From Octopus bimaculoides (taxonomy: Eukaryota), in NCBI RefSeq assembly GCF_001194135.2, contig NC_068987.1, positions 100,335,415 to 100,399,414 on the forward strand: 64,000 nt of DNA, written 5' to 3'. Under the pieces are notes generated by a model. It ran no database searches. It was given only the letters and a program-made list of their open reading frames with translations, and was not told the DNA's origin. The position numbers were made by a program, and so were the translations under genes. Of this stretch, positions 52,753-64,000 are shown piece by piece (the stretch's first letter is position 1; every line of letters begins with the position of its first letter).

Positions 52753-53522
52753 ATATGTACGTATATATAAGAAATCAAAGATATCCTCAAAAGAATAGTA
52801 CCCACCAAATTATTAAAATCTTTCGATATGAAATGCCATATCTTTTTGAACAAGGCAAACAATTGGACTTAGCGTATCAAGAAATATATATATATATATA
52901 AACAAAACAAAAAAACTAGATGGAATGCATCTCCATCAAGATAATGGGAAATCGAACATGAATCACCAAAGTCGAAATTATTCAAAACAACAACAACAAC
53001 TCCTAAAACTTTTGAGGCCATAAAAAGCAAGTAACCAATATTTGTAAAGTTCAAATAATCGGTATGCCTCAGGTTATAGTGTTATCTCACACTACTGTTT
53101 TAAAACCTTTAACAAGAAGATGTAAGGCTGAATCAGAGATATTACTAACACAGTATCGTAGCGATATACATTATCTGAGTGGATAACTGAGAACAAAAGT
53201 ACTATTATCATGAAGAATATAAATATAATCACCGGACCTTAAATGTTATAAATAAAATAACTTACAACCCTGTAGGCAACAAGACATTAAGTACAAAAAT
53301 ATTGCATCTAAAAAACAATTATCTGTTTCGTGGATATAAGAAGAGATGATGCATTGCTCATACGGCTAGTAGGAACATTTACTACCGAACAAAATCTTAT
53401 CTCAAAACGTAAAATTATGTATGAAAGCTGAGAACAAATAAGAACTATATACTAAAATAGACTTTGTAATATTCCCTAGAATTGTAAGGCTCCATAAACA
53501 TAGTGGTGTCACCTGATATATG

Positions 53523-53626
<104 letters not shown>

Positions 53627-54099
53627 TTTAACAACGTTATGAGCTGTGTATTGAGAGCAAAATTCCCAACTCTTTCAAACCGTGAGTAGGCCTCAGCAGG
53701 TACGAGTTCGCGTAACTATACAATGGATAGCGCAAAGACGGGCGTTTACATGGTTTTATGTGTACAGCTCGCTATTTGTTTCACAGAAAGTTATCTTGCA
53801 TATATAAAGACAAAACCGTGGGGTTACCAGATTTTGTGTCTTCCAGAGGTTTACTCGAATGAAATTGCGCACTCGCTTAAAGGTATTTCCGCATTAAAGG
53901 GTTAGAAAACACAATATCGTGCAAAAAGAAAGGAAACAAAAATGAGAGAAATCATATAAACATATACTTATACTGATTATGAATACGTAGGACTGAGACT
54001 TACCTCCACTTAGGAATCAGTGAACTTGAGCGTGTACAACATTCGCAAATAGAAAAAAGAATTGGTTAAGGAAATAAATTATCGAATATTAGATTAATA

Positions 54100-55260
54100 C
54101 TTGCAAAGAGATCTAAATAAGAAAGAATTAGCATCAACATGCTAGCTTTCCCCGTAACATGGGTATTATTCTGAAGAAGACGTTAATGGACTCAAAAGAT
54201 TGAGACTGAAAAAACAAAACATGACAATTATTTAGTAAATAATAACTAAATAATAACGGCATTTAGAGTGCACCACAGAAAACCTGACGATGAAAGATTA
54301 TATTCATATAAATGCAAGGATATAAGGTTCTTATGTTTTATGGAATCTATTATAGGACTACAAAATAGCTATTGATGTATAATATAAAAGTAATTATAAA
54401 TAGCTACAAAACACAAATCAACGTTCTTTTTTCGTCTTCCGGAAAGCATCGAAGGATGAAATGACATGCAACTGTAAAAAGAAAACACAAGCAACAGCAG
54501 AAGTTGTGCAGAGAAACGTAAAAACTACGCTAAAATTAAGTACTACATTATGTCATGCTAAAGTGATGTAAAGAAACGTGGACAATACCTTCAACTTCCC
54601 CATAAAAAAAAAAAAAAACCAACAGAATGGAAATACAGAAAGAAAATAAAAACACTGGCTTGGCTGAAAAGTGCAGAAATCAAAGTTGAGAAAGAAATAT
54701 TCTTGACTGCAGTACAAGATCAAAGCTTTTACAACGGAAGCTAACTTAAGTATGTGCTGAAGCAGATTTCATGAAATAACTATATAAAATTTAGAGTATG
54801 GTTAAATTTAACAGCATTCTCTTTGGTTATGCAGTTTCAGTCAAAAGTTACTATTTCCAGAAACCTGACAGACTTGGGTTTCTTATAATCTGGTAGATAT
54901 GTGACCATTATTAAATACCGACCGAATGAATGAGGGTATAAATGTTACGCAGAATGCCAATCAGGATCATACACTGGCATGTTTTAATCCATACATAGAG
55001 GCAGATAAATGTTAAATGACAGGACATTGTTACCAATGAATATGTTGAATAGATACATCGGTCAAATAGATACATCAGTCCCATCAGAAAATAACGCCAT
55101 TTATGAGAGAATAAAGGGATTATCGATATATACAGACACAAAGAGTTAACGAAAACCAGAATAGCAGGACAGAAGGATGAGACAAGTTCTAAACTTTTAG
55201 ACATGACTGAAGAATGAGCAAAAAATAACAAATCTAAGCAGGAGTTCGCAACCGAATTTA
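54100..55260 (+). mobile_element. Old R4/Dong-like remnant (thumb to REL)
   Basis: INMLAFPVT; FRLP..EG; TLAWLKSAEIKVEKEIFLTAVQDQ (54652-54723); QIDTSVPSENN (55063-55095). Confidence 0.6.
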
Positions 55261-56373
55261 CCGCACCGTCTGGAAAAGAGACAATATTTTCATTGCAACA
55301 GAAAACGCAAAAGCGACAGTCTAAGTTTACTATACGTAAATCTCAGTTATTCAATGAAATAGCATGAATCGCATAAGTGAAGAATAATGATAATCATGTT
55401 TGCAAATAGTATGCATATATACATAAATTCACACTCACACACACAGACACACACAAACACACACAAATATATATGTACATGTGTGTGTGCGTGCGTGTCT
55501 GTGTGCGTTTCAAAAAAGTTGGCAGTCGTTCAGTTCATGCACAACAGAAGCATTTGTAAGGATACAAGACTGAGATAGAGTTAACATGATTGTTAATCTA
55601 TTTAGAGATAATTAGTCTAGATATCATTTTAATAAATATTTAGCATAAGATGTTTCGAAAAAGTTAAGTATACATCTCATTTCGAGGATTAGCTTAGAGA
55701 TTGGTGATTAATAATACAATTATTGTATTATAAACAAATTTATAAATCCGCAGGCATATAACAAACATGGTATTACACCCAACATTGTATTGATACTTCA
55801 CAATGGAGATATCAAGAGCACAAGATGTATTATAGGTTGTTGAAGAATAAACGATAAAAAAAGTGAGGCAAAAATGTTCTTCAATGTAACAATGATAATT
55901 ACTATCAATGGATCTATATTTAATATGTATATGCATAGAATTTATCTATGGGTGCATGTTAATAGAAGCTTATATCAATATACTTGTTTATGTGTGTCTG
56001 TGTGTGCGAAACTATGACGGGAAGCAGAATCCCTCACTTGCACTTTAGCTTAAATGATTTAAAATCTTCATAAAACCATCACATTATGAACGATTATATG
56101 TTGCTTATGAAATGGTTTTACGATAATGTAAAATAATTGAAAACAACGTACAAATGGTGGATTACGGATATCAATAATGTGGTTCGTGTTAATATTTCAA
56201 TTTTATTGCAATATATCCACCAACATTATAGCCTAATCCAAAACTTCGTAATCTTATAGATGGTTACCTATGAAACATCACAGTGTAGAAATTTAATGTG
56301 CTATAGATATGGAGCCGTATTAAAACTGATATCACATCAGTCCTTTAAAGCGCATATAAAGTGCATGTGTATG

Positions 56374-56375
<2 letters not shown>

Positions 56376-56436
<61 letters not shown>
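56376..56436. repeat. (CA)n microsatellite
   Basis: Direct reading. Confidence 0.95.
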
Positions 56437-56441
<5 letters not shown>

Positions 56442-57340
56442 TACATACATATATATATATATATANNNNNNNNNNNNNNNNNNNNNNNNNNNNNNNNNNN
56501 NNNNNNNNNNNNNNNNNNNNNNNNNNNNNNNNNNNNNNNNNNNNNNNNNNNNNNNNNNNNNNNNNNNNNNNNNNNNNNNNNNNNNNNNNNNNNNNNNNNN
56601 NNNNNNNNNNNNNNNNNNNNNNNNNNNNNNNNNNNNNNNNNNNNNNNNNNNNNNNNNNNNNNNNNNNNNNNNNNNNNNNNNNNNNNNNNNNNNNNNNNNN
56701 NNNNNNNNNNNNNNNNNNNNNNNNNNNNNNNNNNNNNNNNNNNNNNNNNNNNNNNNNNNNNNNNNNNNNNNNNNNNNNNNNNNNNNNNNNNNNNNNNNNN
56801 NNNNNNNNNNNNNNNNNNNNNNNNNNNNNNNNNNNNNNNNNNNNNNNNNNNNNNNNNNNNNNNNNNNNNNNNNNNNNNNNNNNNNNNNNNNNNNNNNNNN
56901 NNNNNNNNNNNNNNNNNNNNNNNNNNNNNNNNNNNATATATGTATATATACATACCTACACACATATATACACACTTACATGACTATATAGATATATATA
57001 TATATCCATGCATGTATGTGTTCTTGTGCGTATGTGTATCAATCTTTTGTAAGGGTACAGTATTAATTACTAAACGAGAAAATATATCACACCTTCACGG
57101 TAGACCAAATCTGAAATAGTCTCAGAATAAATTGAATCCAGTATAAGATGTTTCGAAGACCACTGAAGAATAATATCACATCACTTAAATAATATGAATT
57201 ACAGAATGAAGTTTGTAATCTATCTACTTGAAGAAGGGAAAGAAATTCATGTATTTAAGCTTTCTTAATATACAATGCACACTGATCCATTTACATAGAT
57301 TCTGGTGTAACATCCTATTGTTCAGAAGATATTTGCCAAT

Positions 57341-57724
57341 GGTGCAGATGTGGCTGTGTGATAACTAGCTTGCTTACCAAACACATGGTTCCGAGTTCAG
57401 TCCCCCTGCGTGGCACCTGGGGCCGATCGAAGCCTTGTGTTTGGATGTGGTACACGGAAACTGAAAGAAGCCTGTCGTATATATGTATATAGATATGTAT
57501 GTATGTATGTATGTATGTATGTTTGTGGGTCTGTGTTTGTCCCCACCAACATCGCTTGATAACAGATGCTGCTGTGTTTACGTCCTTGTAACTTAGCGGT
57601 TCGGCAAAAGATTCCGATAGAATAAGTACTAGGCTTACAAAGTATAAGTCCTGTGGTAGATTTGTTCGACTAAAGGCGGTGCTCCAGCACGGCCACAGTC
57701 AAATGACTAAAACAAATAAAAGAA
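57341..57724 (+). mobile_element. Family A SINE, near full length
   Basis: Same head, body and tail as 42047-42458, with internal (TATG)n. Confidence 0.9.
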
Positions 57725-58094
57725 CGTTACAGAATCTTAAAACTATCTCTAATCTGCTCTAATAGCAGTTTTTTTTATGTACATGTGTATCATTGTCTTC
57801 TATGTACATATTTGCCATATATTAATTAATGAAGTGTGTCGTTTAAATCCTTCGGCCGTTTCATATTAAATGTGATATGCAGAATCATAATGTAGTTTTT
57901 GAATTTACTTTCTTGTCCGCGAACAGAGTTATACAAAGCGGTGGGTATAATAAAGATTACCTTTCCCTTCAGGATAATAATTTCAGCAGTGCACGAAAAA
58001 TTAATAAGACATATTTATATATACATGTCCAGATGAAATGGAGAAGTGCAAAAATCAGGATAGAAAGCATTCACTAACTATATTCTTATATTCG

Positions 58095-58290
58095 TCTAAA
58101 ATTTTGGCACATAGTCAGGAATTTCGGGGGAGGAAGTGAGTCGATTACTTCGACACTTTAGTTCAATTGGTACTTATCTTATCGACCTCTGAAAGTCGAC
58201 GTCAGTGGAATTTGAACTGAGAACAAAAAGACGGACGAAACGCCCGTAAAATTTTGCCCGGCGTGCTAACTAACCTACCAGCTCACCGCC
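58095..58290 (-). mobile_element. Family B SINE
   Basis: Ends in cagctcaccgcc (the head, reversed) and contains tttgaactgagaac and gtcgattacttcgac. Confidence 0.8.
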
Positions 58291-58860
58291 TTCTATATTG
58301 TTATATTAAAATGATACATTGTAGCATATGCGATGCGAAGAGAATTGGCATGAACAAATAAATAAGAAACGAGTACATCAATTATTAAAAAATAAATGGA
58401 ATAACATATCAATTTATAAACTGCAAGGGATAATGTAAAATGTTGTCGGGGTCAATTCTGACACAAATGGTGAAGTAGAACAAAGTGCCTAAAGTTCCAG
58501 AATTCTGACAAACAGATCCAACGACGCACGAGTTACAAACTGCAAATTGTCAGATTTTACCTTTACACAGCGAAAGTGATTCCCATTGCTAATGTGAACT
58601 TACACATAAATCGGTTTGGTACGGTAATCAGCGAAAATACCATCTTCTCTTCAGCATGTAATATCATAGTGTTATATTACTGTCTATGCTATATCTATTG
58701 CACACTTTCGTGAGCGAAGAAACAACACAAATGGAAGTATTTTATTGTGATCGATGTCGGTGATATTTCTACAGCGTCATCGATAACGATCATTATCAAC
58801 AGGTGAAAGTATCTGGGAATCGTATCATAATAGTACTTTATATCCATATCACTGTTTGTG

Positions 58861-58908
<48 letters not shown>

Positions 58909-59892
58909 CAATTTAAATGTGTATGTCGGTATAACTGACACCGTAGCCCTTATATGTGCTTCTACATCAGCTTTGAATAAATCTTACTGTTCCCCGAGAA
59001 CAGTAGCGCCGTCATTAAAATCTTATATGTATTTCTCTCATATGCGTTTCTAGCAACCCTTAACTTTAACATGTCTGACACATCTCTGTTTTGTAACTAT
59101 GTCATGGCCTTTTCTTCAGTTCCTTTGTTCTTCTTTCGTTGTCGAACTTTTCCAAATAGCAAAGGTATGTTGTACGTCATATATTCATCTCACTCAAAAG
59201 AATCTGAAAAGAAATATAAGTATACAGAAAAGTATTGTTTTTAAGTTAGAAATATATCGTAGACGGTGGAACAGATGAGTCTCATTAAATAAATTTAGCA
59301 TCGGACAAAATACCTTACGATTTTAAATGAAGACTAGTTATTTCAAATTTCACCTGAGGTTAGCTTTGTCATTGATCCTTCCGTAATCGATAAATAAAGT
59401 GGGACTATTTTCTTACAGAAACTTTGATGTCTTATAGCAATGTATGAAATCATTCTGAGAAAAAATAGAGAAAGGTATAAAAACAATGATTACACTAGAA
59501 TTTATAACTCAAAATATAACAAAAATGTTGCTCGCAGAAACAGATTATTTACATTTCAAACGGAAAAAAAAAATGTTCCGTTAATAAAAGCAAAATTACT
59601 TTAACTCTTCTGGCCTGATGAAATCATAGTATCTTCTTAATGTACCAGCTTCATAAAATTCTGAAATGGTACTTCTTTAAAAAAAAAAGAAGAAAATCAC
59701 AAATGCCCAGCAAAATAATTTCATTGCATTTACTTAATAATTCCAATGCATTTACACTACATCTGAAAAGTCATTGATACTTTGACTGAGTTGCATGCAC
59801 ACAGTTTTATTGGCAATACTTAAATAAGAGGAACTCACCTATGTATATACGCACGCATACTAACATACACACATGTATGCTTATGCGTGTAG

Positions 59893-60061
59893 GTTTCAGG
59901 TTTCTACAATTCCTTGCAAACACAGTCTATAGGGAAGTGCTTCTGCTTGTTTTCCCGAAGACGTAAAAGAAATCATTTGCCAAATTTGCTGCTTGCAGGG
60001 TCAGATTGAACACAGAAACATAGCTGTTGGCATAACTTTTAAACATGACTGCTTTTGCGCC
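59893..60061 (-). mobile_element. Highly diverged family A-like SINE head
   Basis: The reverse complement begins ggcgca and loosely follows the family A head. Confidence 0.4.
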
Positions 60062-60264
60062 TACGTTTTAAACTCTCATAAAATATGTTATTCTATTTCT
60101 TTACTTGTAAAACAATCCAGCATAGAGTTGGTCATTTATTGTATGTTGTGAATTTCTATGGAAACTTTATACTTTGCTTGTATGAAACTGTATGTGCAAG
60201 GATATTTATATAGTCTAACATAAAAATGCTTAGCCCACGAATGAAAAATGAATACAAGTCAACG

Positions 60265-61104
60265 ACGAAGCATGTACGGTCTAATTCATCTTGCTAGAGA
60301 TATCAACTGTCACTTCCCTTAATTTCGAATTAACTTCTATGAAACCAAGAATACACTCTAGTCATACGAACCCCCAGAATACACACAACCCCAGCACAGA
60401 TACCATTACATTAGACCACAGCCACAACCCAACCCATCCTACTGACACTGCACGGAACACCACCAAAATCTCTGCCACTCTTACAAATAGTACAATTAAT
60501 AACAACAACAATAGTAATAATAACAATGATGGAAATGATAACGTTAATAATACTTTTAATCTAGAATGTTCTACACCCTTCTCTAACCTCTCCCCTGACA
60601 TTATTACCTCCTCCATTCCTGAACACATTCCCCAAAATTCACCTAATTGTAACTGCCGTCCTGGAACCATCTGCCCGTTACAAATATAATGTAATATATA
60701 ATGTAATTTACATGATATAATGTAACTTACACTTGCATTGTCCTTAACCTATTACACAACTCTACAGGCATAAACATAGCATCAGCCAAATATTTTAAGC
60801 AACGATATGCCGCCCACCTCCATTCTTTTAGATATGATAATCATAGTAAATCTACAACACTCGCTATCCACGTACATCATCTTAAAATACAAATATACCC
60901 TATACTCTATGATGGTCCATACTAGATTCAGGGTTTCCCTACCAAGGTCAGCGCTCAACCTGCAAGCTTTGCCTGAAGGAGGCACTTCACATATTAAAGC
61001 ACAACTCACCAACACTGATAAATAAACATAATGAGGCACTAAGCACGTGAAACCACCGTTTTTCACACATTCAAATTTTACCACAAATTCAAATGCCTAA
61101 ATGA
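60265..61104 (+). mobile_element. Penelope-like element 3' part, Naiad-like (CxCx5C linker plus GIY-YIG C-terminal half)
   Basis: CNCRPGTICPL (60648-60680); FKQRYAAHLHSF..STTLAIHVHHLK; WSILDSGFPY..TCKLCLKEALHIL..LINKHNEALST(TGA)NH. Confidence 0.82.
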
Positions 61105-62171
61105 CCATACGGTATATTTCCACAATACCCCTTAGGTAAACCCAATAAGCTCATAAATCTACATTTTAACTCCTAATCCAGATCTAATTCCTCTTTCATA
61201 CTCGAATATCACAACCATTTAATTATATTCGTGTGTATATGCGTGCATACATATACGCTTGTGTGCGTGGGTGTATGTGTGTGTATGGGTATGTGTGTAT
61301 GCATGCCAGGTATATATACCTGTGCGTGCAGGGGCAATAATACTTACAGATACATGTATGTATGGGTGTACGTATGTACATATACATATGAGTACGTGTT
61401 GTATGTGTAGGCGTTGATGTGTATAAATATCTATATTCATATTTAATATATGCATGTGTATACATCTTCACACATATATTTTTTCTTCTACTACTAAGCA
61501 CTGACCTGTCTCACCAACCTCACCTATTGTCCCAAATTCTTTATTCCACCATTTTACTACTCCTACCCTATCTCTCTATCACTATATACCTGGCTCTCCT
61601 TTGCTCTTTACACTATTATACCTCTCTCTCTCTACCCCCCATTCCTTCTATTTGACAGTCCTTTACTCTTCGCCCTATCATCTTTCTACATGGCTTTCTC
61701 TTTCTATCACTCTCACATCCCCATTCCTACTATCAATTTATCTTGACTGACCACTAACAAGTACACTTTCCCTCTCTTCATCTCTTTATTATCTCTCTCC
61801 ACGCTTTTCTTTTCTTTTTTTTTTTCTTTTTTCCTTCTTTTCTCTTCTTTTTCTTTTTTATATTTTCTTTATTCCTCCTTGATTTTGATTTGACCTTACA
61901 AATACATTCCCAACTTTTATGTCACTTTATATAAAACCCTCGATTCAATAACACTCTGTACAAACTCTATACTTGGACTGACCAATTTTAAATACTACTG
62001 TAACCTATTCACAAGGTATTGGAATCTTATATGTATACCATATAAATACTGCCTAAATAATGGTTCTACTGATGTGATATCCCTGCATATCTTACGTCTA
62101 TTTTCATTCGTCCACTTCACTCTTTATTTCATATCTTTTCTAAAATAACAATTGCTAAACCATTTTCTCAC

Positions 62172-62225
62172 ACCGTCTCCGATGAAGGGATATATAAAGT
62201 ATACCGGAAACAGCTGTACGGTCTT
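62172..62225 (+). ncRNA. Minimal type I hammerhead-like motif in the putative PLE 3' terminal repeat
   Basis: CCGATGA (62179-62185), an imperfect stem II, GAAA (62207-62210), then C-AGCT-GTA with a palindromic loop. Stem I is only partly paired. Confidence 0.55.
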
Positions 62226-62733
62226 CTATTTATAAATGTTCTAAAATCTTTCACAGCCTGGATTTTTGTCTCATGCTGAAATTATTTTTATGTAGGCTTG
62301 TATTTGAATATTGGTAGAAGGAGATACTTAATGCACTTCATTAAATATTTAATGATGTGCATTAAAAATGTCCCTTCGCTGTGCTAAGGTGAGAATATTA
62401 ATTGAGTGAGTAATATTATGTTAATCCTGTTGGTTGTACCGTGATACAATTCTTGCTACGTTACTATTTAAAACGTTGGTTATTGAAGTTATCCATTATC
62501 TACGTTCATTTTTTACTCAACTGTTCATTTTTATGCAGATGAAGTTTCTGAGCAATTAACTTCTTTAATTCATTTTCTTTAATTATGCTGATTTTCAATG
62601 AATATTCAGTTTAATGTACAATAACTGTATTCAGTAATTCTCATGTCGGCGAACATAATGCAATTCTATGATACACTGAGAAACCTATCGAACATGTCTT
62701 TCGTCGTTAGCGAAATTCTTAAAATGATATTGG

Positions 62734-63078
62734 TTTGAAATGTTTGCACAAGGACAACATGGGGAAAGAGGAAGTGATTTACATCGACTTTAGTGTTAAA
62801 GTGGTACTTTTCGATCCCGAAACAATGAAAGGCAAAGTCAACCTCGGCGGAATTTAAATTGAGAATGTAAAGACGAAGGAATTACTGCTAAGTATATTGG
62901 ATGACGTGCATATAATAATCCATTCTACAAGGCCTGGAATTTGTGAACAGGGGGATAGTCGATTAGATCGAGCTCAGCACTTAATGTATCGTCTTTGAAA
63001 TTATGAAAGTGAAAGACGACATTAGCGTAATTTGAACACAGACGGAAGAAACCACGCTAAGCATTTTGCAAGGTGTGC
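62734..63078 (-). mobile_element. Two adjacent diverged family B SINE copies
   Basis: Motifs atgaaaggcaaagtcaacctcggcggaattt and gggatagtcgattagatcgag; tails tttgcacaagg and tctacaaggcc. Confidence 0.7.
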
Positions 63079-63268
63079 TTCAAATATAATTTCATATCAT
63101 GATAATATTACTCTCTCTTCTCACAGATATAAATGTTCTAAGTCAAATATTACCGATCAGCATTGAATATCGTGAACACTTCCTGAATAATGTAGTTTCT
63201 GCAAGAAACTACCTTCGGTATGTTATGATTTGTCCTGCTTATAATGCACAATGTGTGTGTGTGTGTGT

Positions 63269-63302
<34 letters not shown>

Positions 63303-63969
63303 TATTATACATTCCGATGAAAAGAAGCAGACCATATTCACACACACTCACAACGAAATAGACACACCATTTATACTAAAATATATCTTTTACTTAATAT
63401 TCATTATAAAGATGTGAATAATACTTAATTTAATATATACAAAGCTTAATGGCACATACTGATGAGTTTTAATGAGCTTAATGTGATATCTCATTAGAGT
63501 CGAGAAAACAGCCAGTGATAATGGAAAAAGTAGTTATCTTAGAAGCAACTTCAATATATGATATTTAGAACCTTGAATTAATGGCGTTTCAATCGTTACA
63601 GTGCAATTGCTAATGATAAGAAAACAATGCACATCTACGCCGGATTTGCTGTTTCCGAAAATTGTACACAAGATTGAAATGCTACGTGATGAGGATAATA
63701 AATTTAAAGCATTATAGAAACACGCACACGCACACACACACACACACACACAAGCACGCAGATATAATTTTCTAGGTTTTAATTACATGGACATCTCACA
63801 TTATACTAATTTCAAACCTCATTACTTTCCGGGATGAGAACCGAGTTCGTACGAATATATTACTGTGATGGCCACACGATTCTTAGAATCCATCTAACAT
63901 AATGCTAATACATATATGTATCTGTACCATATATGCATTTGTGTATGTGTATATACATATAAACATAAT

Positions 63970-64000
<31 letters not shown>

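Noticed and set aside
52900-53450. Possible further REL C-terminal remnant
   Set aside because: No motif could be read without invoking many indels.
53847-53882. 36-nt microexon candidate (ttccag|...AAG|gtattt)
   Set aside because: The splice signals are only moderate and such pairs arise often by chance; it needs RNA-seq.

Overview
AT-rich eukaryotic draft-assembly sequence with 15 N-gaps (about 6 kb in total) and abundant microsatellites. It is most likely intronic or intergenic DNA from an octopus (coleoid cephalopod); this is my inference from recognising the SINE and LINE families, not a database result. I found no intact protein-coding gene, tRNA or rRNA gene, or CRISPR array. Nearly all long ORFs in the supplied track are artefacts of N-gaps or (TA)/(CA)/(TAA)/(TAG) repeats. 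The window is a graveyard of decayed transposons: many R4/Dong-type REL-endonuclease non-LTR fragments, three Penelope-like elements (PLEs) of apparently different clades, RTE and L1/Tx1 LINE pieces, three mariner remnants, three tRNA-derived SINE families, and three long inverted-repeat structures. The most interesting observations are: a Naiad-like PLE with an in-frame TGA at a conserved Cys position (possible selenocysteine relic); a tRNA-head/(TAA)n/hammerhead module at a PLE 3' end; a second minimal hammerhead; and two clusters suggesting microsatellite-targeted R4/Dong insertion. Element boundaries are approximate, and all family calls rest on motifs translated by eye.
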